Shown: piece by piece, positions 46,181 through 54,731 of the stretch
How the letters are laid out: each line of letters starts with the position of its first letter
Numbering within the stretch: position 1 is the stretch's first letter
NCBI GenBank assembly: GCA_035507095.1
Contig: DATJOM010000074.1
Span: 3,941-67,940 of the forward strand
Length of the DNA: 64,000 nucleotides
DNA from: Candidatus Acidiferrum sp.
GTDB lineage: Bacteria; Vulcanimicrobiota; Vulcanimicrobiia; Vulcanimicrobiales; Vulcanimicrobiaceae
Reading direction: 5' to 3'
Notes under the pieces: generated by a model
Databases searched by the model: none
Told to the model about the DNA's origin: nothing
The model's input: the letters and a program-made list of their open reading frames with translations, nothing else
Position numbers and translations under genes: made by a program

Positions 46181-48046
46181 CTACTTCAACACGGCATCGG
46201 CAACGGCTGCCGCGTCGGCGAACCGTTCGTGACGAAGGTAGTAGAGCGAGAGCGCGACGGACGAGCGCACCGGATCGATTTCGCGGGCGCGAAGTAGTGA
46301 CGCCTCAACGCCGGCCGGCGAGGCCAAGAGTTCGAGCGCACCGGCACGCGTCATTAACATATCGAAATCGCTCGGATTGAGCGCAAGCGCCGTTTCGGTT
46401 GCTGCGAAGGCCGCCTCGGCCCGTTTCTGGTCGAGCAGCCGATGCGCTCGGTCCTTCCATCCCTCGAACGTCTGCGGTTCCTGACCGGCACGGAGTGCAT
46501 CGGCTTCACGCGCGCGCCCTTGCGCTTGTAAGAACCGCTCGAGCTGTTCCGCGGCCGCCGTGGAATCCGGATCGCATTCAACGGCAAGACGCAAAAAGTG
46601 TTCTTCCTTCCCGAAGCCGTAGCGTTCCGAGACGCCGGCCGCGCTAACCAGCAATTCGCAAGCCTCAGGTGGCTTCAGCCGTGGATACCACTTCTCCACG
46701 ATCTCGAGGGCTTCGACTGCACGTTTCATGCGCAGTAAGAAATTCACGAAGTGCAGCATCGCATGCGCGCTTTCGTGCGTGTCGAGCACGAGCTTATACG
46801 CATCGTGCGCTTCCGCGAAGCGTTTGAGTCGCTCGAGCGCCTTTGCCCGATTGATCATCAGGGGTTCGACGGTCGGCGCGTTTTTCAACCCTTTTTCGAA
46901 CCACTCGAGCGCCTTACCGTCATCGCCCTCGAGTGAGTAGCTCGAGCCCATCTCCGAATACGCCTTCCATACGTACACCTGGTCGTCAACGATGAACTGG
47001 TTTGCGGCGAACGCACCATCGTCGATCGCCTCGGCGAACGCTTTTCGAGCCTCCTCGTAGCGCGCTTGCGCGATCAACGTCTTGCCCAGCATCATGTGCG
47101 CGTTCGCGTAGTGCGCGCTCCGTCTGAGAGATTGGCGCGCCATTTCTTCACCCTTTACGGGATCCTTGAAATGGTCGCAATAGAGATCGCCAAGCAATGC
47201 GAGCCCGTTGGGCATAAATGCACGCGGCGTGTCTCCGACGAGCTCATACATCTTCAGGAGCGAACTCAGCGCCAGTTCGTAATCTTTGTTGAGGTAGGCC
47301 GTCGTGCCTAGGTTGTACCAGTGGTATGCATTCTCGGAATCCTTTTGCGTCGCGGCGAGCAAGATCTCGAGATTGCGTTGCCCTTTGTTGCGTTCTTCGA
47401 CGACCGAATTCACATATCCATGATGAATCAGCGTGATCGAGCTTCCCACGGCATCGACACTGGTCGCGGTCCCATCGAGGGCCGGATATTCGTGGATCGG
47501 TCCAAAGAATCGGATCCGATCGCTATTCGGGAAAATCCGAATGACGTGGTGTGACACGTCACCCGATCCGCGATAGTCGTCGGTCCGGTTAACGATGCGC
47601 GTGTAGAATGCATCGATGTATGCGGGCACATTCTTGAGCGCGAGCAGGGAGGGACGCGAGTCCTCGGTCAGTTCCTCGTCGGCGTCAATGAACAAGATCC
47701 ACCGCTTCGTTGCGGCTTCGATCGATTTGTTACGCGACCACGAGAAATCGTTGCGCCATGGATCCTCGATCACGGTTGCACCGTACGAGCGCGCGATCTC
47801 GATCGTGCGGTCGGTGGAACCCGTGTCGCAGACGATGACCTCGTCGACGTAATCGCGCACGCTGTTCAAGCACTGCGGCAAGAACTTCTCTTCGTTCTTG
47901 ACGATCATGCACAGGCTCACGCCGGCCGGCTTCTGCGGATACCCGGGTGGAGGCGGCTTAAGCGCCGGCAAGTGAGCGCTTCCTTGCTGCGCGGGCTGCA
48001 GCAGCGCCTGCGGCTTCGAACGCTTGGCACGGACGTGGATCGGCAT
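46181..48046 (-). CDS. GT2 glycosyltransferase fused to TPR repeats (GmaR-like architecture; putative flagellin glycosyltransferase)
   Basis: VSLCMIVKNEEKFLPQCLNSV...VIVCDTGSTDRT...FIDADEEL GT2 domain, followed by about 400 aa of TPR-like repeats. Immediately downstream of fliC. Confidence 0.82.
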   Translation of the reverse strand: MPIHVRAKRSKPQALLQPAQQGSAHLPALKPPPPGYPQKPAGVSLCMIVKNEEKFLPQCLNSVRDYVDEVIVCDTGSTDRTIEIARSYGATVIEDPWRNDFSWSRNKSIEAATKRWILFIDADEELTEDSRPSLLALKNVPAYIDAFYTRIVNRTDDYRGSGDVSHHVIRIFPNSDRIRFFGPIHEYPALDGTATSVDAVGSSITLIHHGYVNSVVEERNKGQRNLEILLAATQKDSENAYHWYNLGTTAYLNKDYELALSSLLKMYELVGDTPRAFMPNGLALLGDLYCDHFKDPVKGEEMARQSLRRSAHYANAHMMLGKTLIAQARYEEARKAFAEAIDDGAFAANQFIVDDQVYVWKAYSEMGSSYSLEGDDGKALEWFEKGLKNAPTVEPLMINRAKALERLKRFAEAHDAYKLVLDTHESAHAMLHFVNFLLRMKRAVEALEIVEKWYPRLKPPEACELLVSAAGVSERYGFGKEEHFLRLAVECDPDSTAAAEQLERFLQAQGRAREADALRAGQEPQTFEGWKDRAHRLLDQKRAEAAFAATETALALNPSDFDMLMTRAGALELLASPAGVEASLLRAREIDPVRSSVALSLYYLRHERFADAAAVADAVLK

Positions 48047-48072
48047 CCTAGTGGTTATCGGCAGAATGCAAC

Positions 48073-48096
48073 GAGGGCCCGCCGGAGCGGGCCCTC
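48073..48096 (-). terminator. GC-rich perfect hairpin downstream of fliC (probable terminator/attenuator)
   Basis: GAGGGCCCGC-CGGA-GCGGGCCCTC (10-bp stem), about 50 nt after the fliC stop. The U tract is poor (GTTGCATTCT), so termination efficiency is uncertain. Confidence 0.5.
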
Positions 48097-48143
48097 GAGG
48101 AACGGTCGTTGGGAGACGGCCTTTTGGCCGCCCACGAGACCAA

Positions 48144-49418
48144 TTAACGGAACAGCGTGAGAACCGATTGCGCGTTCGCGTTCGACTGCGCCAAGACGGA
48201 CGTACCGACTTGGACGAGCAGTTGCAGCTTCGTGAACTCGGTCGTCGCTTGACCCACGTTGAGGTCGGCGATGTTCGATTCCGAGGCTTGCAGGTTCACC
48301 GCGGCCGTGTCGTCGTTCTGCTGGTCGATACCGAGCCGGACTACGACTGCACCAAGGTTGGCTTGCTGCGTGGTCAACGTCTGCAGCGCGATGTCGATCT
48401 GGCCGATCGCATCTTCCGCCGCAAGCGACGGGTTCTGCGCCGAGCTGACGGCGAGGTTGATGTTCGAGATGCGCAGCGTGTTCGTGTTGGTCGCTGCGAT
48501 ACCGAGCTGAATCACATCGCCTTCGTCCGCGCCCGATTGGAAGTTGAACGCCGGGGCGGTTGCGAAGTTCGACGGACCGACGTACTGCGAGATCTTGACG
48601 TACGCGCTCTGCCCGACGTCGCCGAGGGTCGGCGTGCTGAAGAACAGCGTAACGCCGTCGTTCGCGCCGGCACCGGCCGTACCGAGCACGAACTTGCCGG
48701 TCGTACCAAGCGAGATGAACGTGGTCGAGACCGTAGCCGTCGAGCTGATGAATTGCGTGACTTTCAGCTCCGGGGTCGCCGTGGTCGGGTTCGCCGTGTT
48801 GGCGATAACCTGCACTTCGACCGTTTCATCGGCAGTATTCGCCGACGTGTAGAAGCTGTTGTTCGCAACGCCGACGCTGGCGATCAGGAAGCCCGTCGAC
48901 GAGCCAATCGATTGCGCGCCGCTCGAGAGCAGCGCCGCGTTCGCCGTGATCGTGTAATATGCTTCCGCGCCGCCTTGGTCGCCCTGGTGGCTTCCGTTGA
49001 GGAGCGCCTGTCCGTTGAAGTTCGTGTTCTGCGCGATGCGATTGACTTCGAGCAGAAGCTGCGAAACTTCGGTTTGCAGGTTCACGCGATCGCTGGTCGA
49101 GTTGACGTCCGACGCTGCTTCGACCGCAAGGGTGCGGATGCGTTGCAGAATGTCGGTCTGTTGGGTCAACGCGCCGAGCGCGACCTGCGCGGCGTTATTA
49201 GCGTTCTGCACGTTTTGTGACGCTTGATTGAACGCTTCGTACTGCGAGGTAAGGTTGGTTGCAATAGCGTTGCCCGACGGATCATCCGCTGCGGTGTTAA
49301 TGCGCAGACCGGATGAAAGCTGGGTAACGACGTTCTGCAGTTGCTTTTGATTGTTGTCGAGGTTCAGCTGAACAGCATTCGACAGCAAGTTTGTGGCAAT
49401 GCTCAGGCCTGTAGCCAT
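48144..49418 (-). CDS. fliC: flagellin
   Basis: Conserved D0/D1 termini (MATGLSIATNLLSNAVQLNLDNNQKQLQNVVTQLSSGLRINTAADDPSG... and ...TTEFTKLQLLVQVGTSVLAQSNANAQSVLTLFR). Ser/Thr/Ala-rich variable centre. Confidence 0.96.
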   Translation of the reverse strand: MATGLSIATNLLSNAVQLNLDNNQKQLQNVVTQLSSGLRINTAADDPSGNAIATNLTSQYEAFNQASQNVQNANNAAQVALGALTQQTDILQRIRTLAVEAASDVNSTSDRVNLQTEVSQLLLEVNRIAQNTNFNGQALLNGSHQGDQGGAEAYYTITANAALLSSGAQSIGSSTGFLIASVGVANNSFYTSANTADETVEVQVIANTANPTTATPELKVTQFISSTATVSTTFISLGTTGKFVLGTAGAGANDGVTLFFSTPTLGDVGQSAYVKISQYVGPSNFATAPAFNFQSGADEGDVIQLGIAATNTNTLRISNINLAVSSAQNPSLAAEDAIGQIDIALQTLTTQQANLGAVVVRLGIDQQNDDTAAVNLQASESNIADLNVGQATTEFTKLQLLVQVGTSVLAQSNANAQSVLTLFR

Positions 49419-49488
49419 TTTTCCTCCATGATGTGGTGCTCAGAGGCACCGATACGCTAGCCTATGGGGGAAGATTTCCTTTCTCCCC
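49419..49488 (-). promoter_or_regulatory. fliC 5' leader with two candidate CsrA binding sites
   Basis: Minus strand hairpin GGGGA-gaaaGGAaatct-TCCCC (49466-49488) presents GGA in its loop. The Shine-Dalgarno AUGGAGGAAAA-AUG (GGAGG at 49423-49427) supplies a second GGA. Confidence 0.5.
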
Positions 49489-49498
49489 TACGTCCAAG

Positions 49499-49525
49499 TA
49501 TCGGCCCCACTTTTACCGGACTTTA
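49499..49525 (-). promoter_or_regulatory. sigma-28 (FliA/SigD)-type promoter of fliC
   Basis: Minus strand TAAA (49525-49522) - N16 - GCCGATA(C) (49505-49499), close to the consensus TAAA-N15-GCCGATAA. Lies between the csrA stop and fliC. Confidence 0.6.
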
Positions 49526-49545
49526 GCCGGAGCCGGGCCGAGGGT

Positions 49546-49782
49546 TTACTTGCGCGGCTTCAGGGTGGCCTTTTCGGCCTTGCCGGCAGCGGCGGGGGCG
49601 GCCCCCAGCGCCTCCTGGTTGGCGCGGCGGATCTCTTCGTAGACCTCGGACCGGTGAACCGGCACGGCGCGCGGAGCTTCAATCCCGAGCTTCACTTGGT
49701 CGCGATCGACCGCGACGATCACAATGCGAACGTCGTCACCAATCATAATCGATTGATTGATCTTACGGCTTAGAACCAGCAT
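49546..49782 (-). CDS. csrA: carbon storage regulator CsrA (FliW-partner type with C-terminal extension)
   Basis: [51 protein letters not shown], plus an approximately 25-aa tail. AAGGAGG Shine-Dalgarno. Confidence 0.95.
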   Translation of the reverse strand: MLVLSRKINQSIMIGDDVRIVIVAVDRDQVKLGIEAPRAVPVHRSEVYEEIRRANQEALGAAPAAAGKAEKATLKPRK

Positions 49783-49826
49783 CTGCGAAGGCCCTCCTTG
49801 GCGATTAGAACGGCCCTTCGGCAGGG

Positions 49827-50303
49827 TTAAGCGCTCTTACTGCTCGCCGGTACCTTGGACGGGCGTTTGCGCGGGATCGGTTCGCGCGACGAGTAGCTCG
49901 AGCCGTCGAGCATGATCTGACGTGCCTTCTTGGTACGCAGATTGATAACGACCGGAGCCATGAGGTTGATCGTCATCTCCTCCGCGTTCGGGGTCACAAC
50001 CACGACGCAGAGCGTGGCAAAATCACCGGCCTCGCGGATCTCAAGTGACGTGAACGCATAGGCTGGAAGCTTCGGATCGTAGTCTTCGAAGACCAGCCAC
50101 GGATCGATCGATGGAAGGGCGACGGAGTGATCGTCGAGGCTCTGCAGCCACACGAAGCTGGGATGGCTCTCCAGATTGAGCGGAAGCCAGTTACGCAGCG
50201 AAGGAAAACCCGGGAGGCCCCATGGGAACTCCACGACTTCGCTCGGTGTGAACGAGCACGAGCCAAAGCGGGGGAGTTCGACGGTGATCGCTGTTTCTTC
50301 CAT
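49827..50303 (-). CDS. fliW: flagellar assembly factor FliW
   Basis: [17 protein letters not shown]...[11 protein letters not shown]...ALPSIDPW pattern. ATG at 50303 preferred (GGAG 6 nt upstream); the ORF maximum is 50324. Confidence 0.9.
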   Translation of the reverse strand: MEETAITVELPRFGSCSFTPSEVVEFPWGLPGFPSLRNWLPLNLESHPSFVWLQSLDDHSVALPSIDPWLVFEDYDPKLPAYAFTSLEIREAGDFATLCVVVVTPNAEEMTINLMAPVVINLRTKKARQIMLDGSSYSSREPIPRKRPSKVPASSKSA

Positions 50304-50326
50304 ATATGACTCCGCTAGCTGCATGA

Positions 50327-51652
50327 CTATCCGTTACCGAGGTAGTCAAAGAGATCGTTCTGCTCGAGCCGCGTGGTCGTCTGGTACGCCGCCTCCAGGG
50401 CGGTCTGGCTCAAGCTGAATTGGCTGGTTACCTTAGCAATATCGGTATCTTCCAGGTTCGATTGCACTTGGGTGTCGGTTTCCCCGCGTGTAGCTTCGGT
50501 TGAGGAGAGCGAGGACACCGTCTGGACCGTGGCCCCGATCTGGCCCGCGGCGTTGAGGGTGACGGTCAGGCTGTTGTCGATATCGCCGAGCTGGGTCGAG
50601 AGGTTGTTTACCACGTCCCCGGTCGACGCCAAGAGAAAGGCGCTGGTAAAGTTGCTGGTCGCGAGCATCGACGGCGCCTTTGCGTCGCTGACGTAGAACG
50701 ACTGGTTGGCCACGTCGTTGAGCTGCAGACGCTGCGTCTGATAGTTGAAGCTCGCGACGATCCCGGTCGTATTGGTCGAGCCGTTGATCGACGCGATGAC
50801 GTTCTGCATCGTCGTACCGGTGCTGAAGACGAAGGTCGTTCCCGCCGACGGTGTGAGCGACGAGAACAGCGTAAACGCGACGTTGCCGTTGCCGGTCGAA
50901 GCCAGCGGGACGCTGAGGATCGGCGGCGCGGTCCCTTCGAGTTGGCCGATCGTGGTCGCCGCGGTGATCGCCTGATCCGAGACGTTGACCTGCGAACTGC
51001 TCTCATCGGTCGTCTGACCGTTGTCCAGCGTGTCACGCAGCCGAATCAGCATGTCGAAAACGCTTGGCGAGCCGTTCGAGGCGTCCAGATTAAAGGCTTG
51101 CTGCAGGGTAACGTTCGTCGGCACGAGTTGCCCGTCGGGAAGTTCCTCGTTCTGCTGCACGATGTTGTTCGCAGCGGTCACCGCGGTCGGCGGGTTGCCG
51201 ACGGCCTGGACCAGGCTCGAACCCGGCGGGGCCGCCGTCCCCGAGAAGACGAACTTGCCATCGTACTGCGTGTTGGCCAAACCGATGGCTTGCGCCAGCA
51301 ATTGATTGACCTGTTGCCCGATCTGGGCGCGCTGCGCGGAGGTAATCGCGTCGCTGGCACCCTCGATTGCGAGGTTGCGCGCACTCTGCAAAATACTGGT
51401 CAGACTCGAGAGCGCGCTGTCGCTCGTCGAGAGCAGGTCATTCAGTCCGGTCAGGTTGCTGCTGACCTGGGTGGTAACCGCGGAGTCGTTGCGCACCTCG
51501 ATGTCCTGTGCGATGATCGTCGGATCGTCCGAGGGCTCGTTGAGCGAGATGCCGGTCGAAAGCTCTTGGCCTTGCAGCTGGTATTGCGACTCGATGTTCT
51601 CGATCGCGAGCGTCTGCTCCGAGTAGATCGTGGAAGTTGCGATGCGCATCAT
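50327..51652 (-). CDS. flgL: flagellar hook-associated protein 3
   Basis: Flagellin-like N-terminus (MRIATSTIYSEQTLAIENIESQYQLQGQELSTG) and C-terminus. Position after flgK. Confidence 0.85.
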   Translation of the reverse strand: MMRIATSTIYSEQTLAIENIESQYQLQGQELSTGISLNEPSDDPTIIAQDIEVRNDSAVTTQVSSNLTGLNDLLSTSDSALSSLTSILQSARNLAIEGASDAITSAQRAQIGQQVNQLLAQAIGLANTQYDGKFVFSGTAAPPGSSLVQAVGNPPTAVTAANNIVQQNEELPDGQLVPTNVTLQQAFNLDASNGSPSVFDMLIRLRDTLDNGQTTDESSSQVNVSDQAITAATTIGQLEGTAPPILSVPLASTGNGNVAFTLFSSLTPSAGTTFVFSTGTTMQNVIASINGSTNTTGIVASFNYQTQRLQLNDVANQSFYVSDAKAPSMLATSNFTSAFLLASTGDVVNNLSTQLGDIDNSLTVTLNAAGQIGATVQTVSSLSSTEATRGETDTQVQSNLEDTDIAKVTSQFSLSQTALEAAYQTTTRLEQNDLFDYLGNG

Positions 51653-51673
51653 GGCTAGTTAACCTGCCCCTCC

Positions 51674-53890
51674 TTAGGCTCCGACACCTAGACCGGTGAC
51701 GATCGTGTCAAGTAATTGACTGAGTGTCGAGATGGTCTTTGCTGCGGCTTGATATGCCGTTTGGTATTTGATCAGGTCCTGCGTTTGTTCGTCGATATTG
51801 ATGCCGGCGATGCTCTGGCGCTCCTGATCGATCGTCGACGCGAGATTGGTCTGCGTCGTAGTTCCGGTCGTCGCCGTCTGTGTATCGAGCCCGACTTGCG
51901 TCGAGAGTTGCCCGTACTGCTGCACCAGCGTCTGGGTCTGCGCCGACGTAATCGTAAAATTCGCTGCGTGCGCCTTTTGCACGGTAAAGGTGATCGACTC
52001 TTGGCCGGTTGCAGGATTGAAGCTCACCGACGAAACCGTAACGTTCTCTTGCGCGTTGAGCGAGGTCTCGCCACCCACTTGCGCGTCGAGCGTGAGCTGC
52101 TGGCCGGCTTGAATGTTATTGACGCCCTGCGGAAGCGCGACCGTGACGGTCGAGCCTGCGCCGACGGCACCAAGACCGCTGAGCGTTTCGAGCGCCGGGA
52201 AGCCGACGTTACTCTGAAAGAGACTGGTCAGCGAGTTTGCAACACCGTTGTCGTCTTCGCCGTAGTCGTTGGTCCCATCTTGCAGCTGATTGTTGATGTT
52301 GCCCGCACCGAGCGCACCGAGAATCGACGTACCCGGGGTTGCGGGATTATACAGACTATCGGTGATTGTGAACGAGGCGGTCTGCGCGTTGCCCTGCTGC
52401 GCACCACGCAGCGCCAGGCTCTCGTTCGACGGATCGCGCGCGAAGACGATCTGCTGCGAGGTGGAATCGTACGATGCGGTCACACCCGATCCAAGGGCGT
52501 TAAACGTCGAAACGAAATCCTGGACGTTATCGGCCGAGATCACGCCTGCGGCCGGCGGACTCGCCGGCGGGTTCGACGAGTAGTCGAACGTCTGGTTTAC
52601 GCCGTCGACGTTGATCGTCAGCGTTGCACCTGCCGCGAAACCGGCGACAGGCACCGGGTTTGCGAGCGCGCCGTTACCGATGAGCGGTGCCGAGGTATCG
52701 ACGGTATTATTGGCCGAGTTCATCGGCACGATCCCGGTCGTCGTACTGGTATTCGCCTCGGTATTGATGAGCACGACCGGCAATTCCGCCGCGTCCGAGA
52801 TGCCGCACTTAATGTTTCCGGCCGAGATCGGAAGGTTCGCGTTGATCGGTTGGAAGAGTGCCGTTCCCGCCTCGGCGTTCGAGTCATAACCCGACTGCGT
52901 TACGCGGTTGACTTCATTTGCGAGCGTCGAGGCGAACTGGTCGAGCTGCGTGCCGTAGCTGGTGAGTTTGTTGTTGTAGAGATCTTGCAGCGCGGCGAGC
53001 TGCCCGCTGCCGAGCGGTATGCCCGCCGCATTCGACGCTTGCGGCGGATTGGTGGCGAAATACACGTTGAAACTCGGCGCGCCGTTCGACGACGTGCCGA
53101 TCACCGGAGCCGCGAGATGGTAAGCGACGGTATCATTGACCAGCGCCTGTCCGTTAACCATGATCAGCGCCGAGCCGTCGGGCTGGATCGAGGTTTGCGT
53201 CGAGATGTACTGCGAGAGTTGATCGATGTCGTAATCGCGCTCGTCCTCGAATGTGTTGGGGTTGTCCCCGACCGCCGTCGACGAGCGAATTTGCCCGTTG
53301 AGCGACGCGATTTGATCGAGGAGCCCGTTGACGGTCTGCACGATCGTCGCACCCTGCGAGACGGTCTGACTCTCTGCGTTCTGAATCGCCTGCGATGAGT
53401 TGCCGAGTGACTGCGCCAGCGCTTGCGCCGACGTCAATACGCCGGCCGCCGCTGATGCCGTGTTGCCCGAGGCCGGGGCGTTGACGAGCTGCGTGACCGC
53501 GGTCTGGAAATTGCTGTATGCCGTGCTCACGCCGTCGTCCGGATCGCCCAGCTGCGACTCCACGCTATCGAGGATCTGCTGTTCGGTCGAGTAGTAGTTT
53601 TGCGACGAACTCGCGCCGCGGAAGAGCTCGTCATACGACTGCACGTTGACGCGCTGAATCTGCGAAACGATCACACCTTCGCCGGCGGTTCCCGGCACGT
53701 GCGTTGCGGTGAATGGCGAACCGACGATCGGCGGTGCCTCGGTGAGGACAGCCTGCTGCTGCGTCGCGCCGGGCGTGTCGACGTTCGCGATGTTGTCACC
53801 GGTCACGTTCTCAGCCACTGAGAAGGATTGCAGTGACGTCGACATCAGGTCGAGCCCGAAGAACGTGCTTTGCGGAAAGAAGCTGCTCAT
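51674..53890 (-). CDS. flgK: flagellar hook-associated protein 1
   Basis: N-terminal FGLDLMSTSLQSFSVAENVTGDNIANVDTPG rod/hook motif. C-terminal ...GINIDEQTQDLIKYQTAYQAAAKTIS. Confidence 0.9.
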   Translation of the reverse strand: MSSFFPQSTFFGLDLMSTSLQSFSVAENVTGDNIANVDTPGATQQQAVLTEAPPIVGSPFTATHVPGTAGEGVIVSQIQRVNVQSYDELFRGASSSQNYYSTEQQILDSVESQLGDPDDGVSTAYSNFQTAVTQLVNAPASGNTASAAAGVLTSAQALAQSLGNSSQAIQNAESQTVSQGATIVQTVNGLLDQIASLNGQIRSSTAVGDNPNTFEDERDYDIDQLSQYISTQTSIQPDGSALIMVNGQALVNDTVAYHLAAPVIGTSSNGAPSFNVYFATNPPQASNAAGIPLGSGQLAALQDLYNNKLTSYGTQLDQFASTLANEVNRVTQSGYDSNAEAGTALFQPINANLPISAGNIKCGISDAAELPVVLINTEANTSTTTGIVPMNSANNTVDTSAPLIGNGALANPVPVAGFAAGATLTINVDGVNQTFDYSSNPPASPPAAGVISADNVQDFVSTFNALGSGVTASYDSTSQQIVFARDPSNESLALRGAQQGNAQTASFTITDSLYNPATPGTSILGALGAGNINNQLQDGTNDYGEDDNGVANSLTSLFQSNVGFPALETLSGLGAVGAGSTVTVALPQGVNNIQAGQQLTLDAQVGGETSLNAQENVTVSSVSFNPATGQESITFTVQKAHAANFTITSAQTQTLVQQYGQLSTQVGLDTQTATTGTTTQTNLASTIDQERQSIAGINIDEQTQDLIKYQTAYQAAAKTISTLSQLLDTIVTGLGVGA

Positions 53891-54366
53891 GCTTTGCTGC
53901 TCACCAGCACGCTGTTGGTCGGCGGCGGCACGAATCCGCGACGCTTATACGTACCCGGGGTGTCGGTTGCGGCCTTTTGAAGCGCCGACGTGATCTTGAC
54001 CAATCGTTGCATCCCTGCTTGGATTAGCGCTTTATTGTTGTTATTGGTGATCTTCAACCCGATCGAGGTCGTGGTAAGCTCGACCAAACGCTGATTGAGC
54101 GTTGGCCAGAGTTGGCGTGGGGCGTACAGACACACTTGACGCAGCGTCAACGCGCCGAACCCGCGGATCTGCATCCCGCGACGCTTGCCCGAGGCCGAAT
54201 GATATGCGCGGCGCGCCGAGTCGAGCCCGCGCTCACACTCGAGGATCTCGCTCGCATCGCTCTTGACGAGCGCCTTGGTCAAGAGAAGGGCCGCCTCGTG
54301 CGTGCGCTTGAGCAATTGCGCTTCCTCGCGCAGGGCGCCGGCAAAAGTCTCCCATGAATCGCTCAC
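53887..54366 (-). CDS. flgN: FlgN-like flagellar chaperone
   Basis: 159-aa helical protein directly upstream of and overlapping flgK, the conserved FlgN position. Weak sequence-pattern support. Confidence 0.55.
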   Translation of the reverse strand: MSDSWETFAGALREEAQLLKRTHEAALLLTKALVKSDASEILECERGLDSARRAYHSASGKRRGMQIRGFGALTLRQVCLYAPRQLWPTLNQRLVELTTTSIGLKITNNNNKALIQAGMQRLVKITSALQKAATDTPGTYKRRGFVPPPTNSVLVSSKA

Positions 54367-54731
54367 GGTTCCATCCTCTTATCGACGTCGACCTTCGCTT
54401 CGTGGCTCGCGTCGCTCAGCACTTGATTGCGCATCTGATTCTCGAGCTGCGATGCCAGGCCGAACGACCCGTCCTTCGCGATCGCCTGCGAGCGCTCGTC
54501 GTTGAGCATGCTCTGCCACGTCTGTTCCGCGGAGTTATCGCCGCCGAAGAGCGACTGTTGCGGAACGGTGTCCTGCATCGCATTCATGAGCATCTCGAGG
54601 AACACGCCTTCGAACTGCGTCGCGACGGTGTGCAGCTTCGCAAGCGCGGCTTTCTGGTCGGCAGTGAGATTCTGCGACGCGTTGGCTTGCGCATTGGCCT
54701 GCGGATTGCTTCCGACGGGATCGGTTGCCAC
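54363..54731 (-). CDS. flgJ: rod-binding protein (FlgJ N-terminal domain only, no muramidase domain)
   Basis: ORF 54363..55010 trimmed to the GTG at 54731 (shares one base with the flgI TAG stop). LHTVATQFEGVFLEMLMNAMQ...GGDNSAEQTWQSMLNDERSQAIAK matches the Rod-binding pattern. Confidence 0.75.
   Translation of the reverse strand: MATDPVGSNPQANAQANASQNLTADQKAALAKLHTVATQFEGVFLEMLMNAMQDTVPQQSLFGGDNSAEQTWQSMLNDERSQAIAKDGSFGLASQLENQMRNQVLSDASHEAKVDVDKRMEP

Noticed and set aside
48055-48062. Perfect sigma-28 -10 octamer GCCGATAA 8 nt upstream of the GT2-TPR gene start
   Set aside because: No TAAA-like -35 is present at 15-16 nt (the sequence there is GC-only). The box is also too close to the ATG for a normal leader. 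It is kept only as a note because it would link the GT genes to FliA if functional.
51716-53398. 560-aa plus-strand ORF
   Set aside because: It lies antisense to flgK and has an extremely Arg-rich composition with no recognisable motif. Similar antisense ORFs are rejected for the same reason: 48024..49220 opposite fliC, 57470..59002 opposite flgG/flgF, 54725..55372 opposite flgI, 50942..51658 opposite flgL and 59105..60052 opposite fliE/flgC.
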